From positions 2,604,001 to 2,668,000 of the forward strand of contig OZ024746.1 in the NCBI GenBank assembly GCA_964016885.1: DNA of 64,000 nucleotides. Direction: 5' to 3'. The DNA is from Eledone cirrhosa. Its lineage: Eukaryota. Under the pieces are notes generated by a model. That model saw only the letters and a program-made list of their open reading frames with translations. It ran no database searches and had not been told where the DNA came from. Positions 63,976 through 64,000 of the stretch are shown here, piece after piece; position 1 is the stretch's first letter; each line of letters opens with the position of its first letter. The position numbers and the translations under genes are program-made.

Positions 63976-64000
63976 CTGTCCCTCTGTCCATTTTTTAAAT

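Overview
This is AT-rich eukaryotic DNA, most likely from an octopod cephalopod. That assignment is inferred from the SINE/RTE repeat families and the multi-kb TA-based microsatellites. I see no convincing host protein-coding exon. The first ~1.9 kb retains CpGs and carries promoter-like motifs, while the remainder is CpG-poor, which fits a gene 5' end followed by a long intron or methylated gene body. The rest is repeats: truncated RTE LINEs (two young families with a PHD-like finger after the RT core, plus older Expander/Rex3-like remnants), CR1 and CRE 3' remnants, tRNA-derived SINEs with swapped LINE-derived tails, mariner and piggyBac-type MITEs, a Helitron/Helentron-like insert, several minisatellites and about 13.5 kb of TA-derived microsatellite. 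The long Ile/Tyr/His/Cys ORFs in the track are artefacts of those microsatellites. The most notable signal is a set of Penelope/retrozyme-type elements carrying hammerhead-ribozyme motifs. One (20575-20662, minus strand) has an apparently intact fold with the compensatory U3-A8 core variant. Five foldback inverted repeats of 150-400 bp lie within 15 kb, and most carry or adjoin such motifs.
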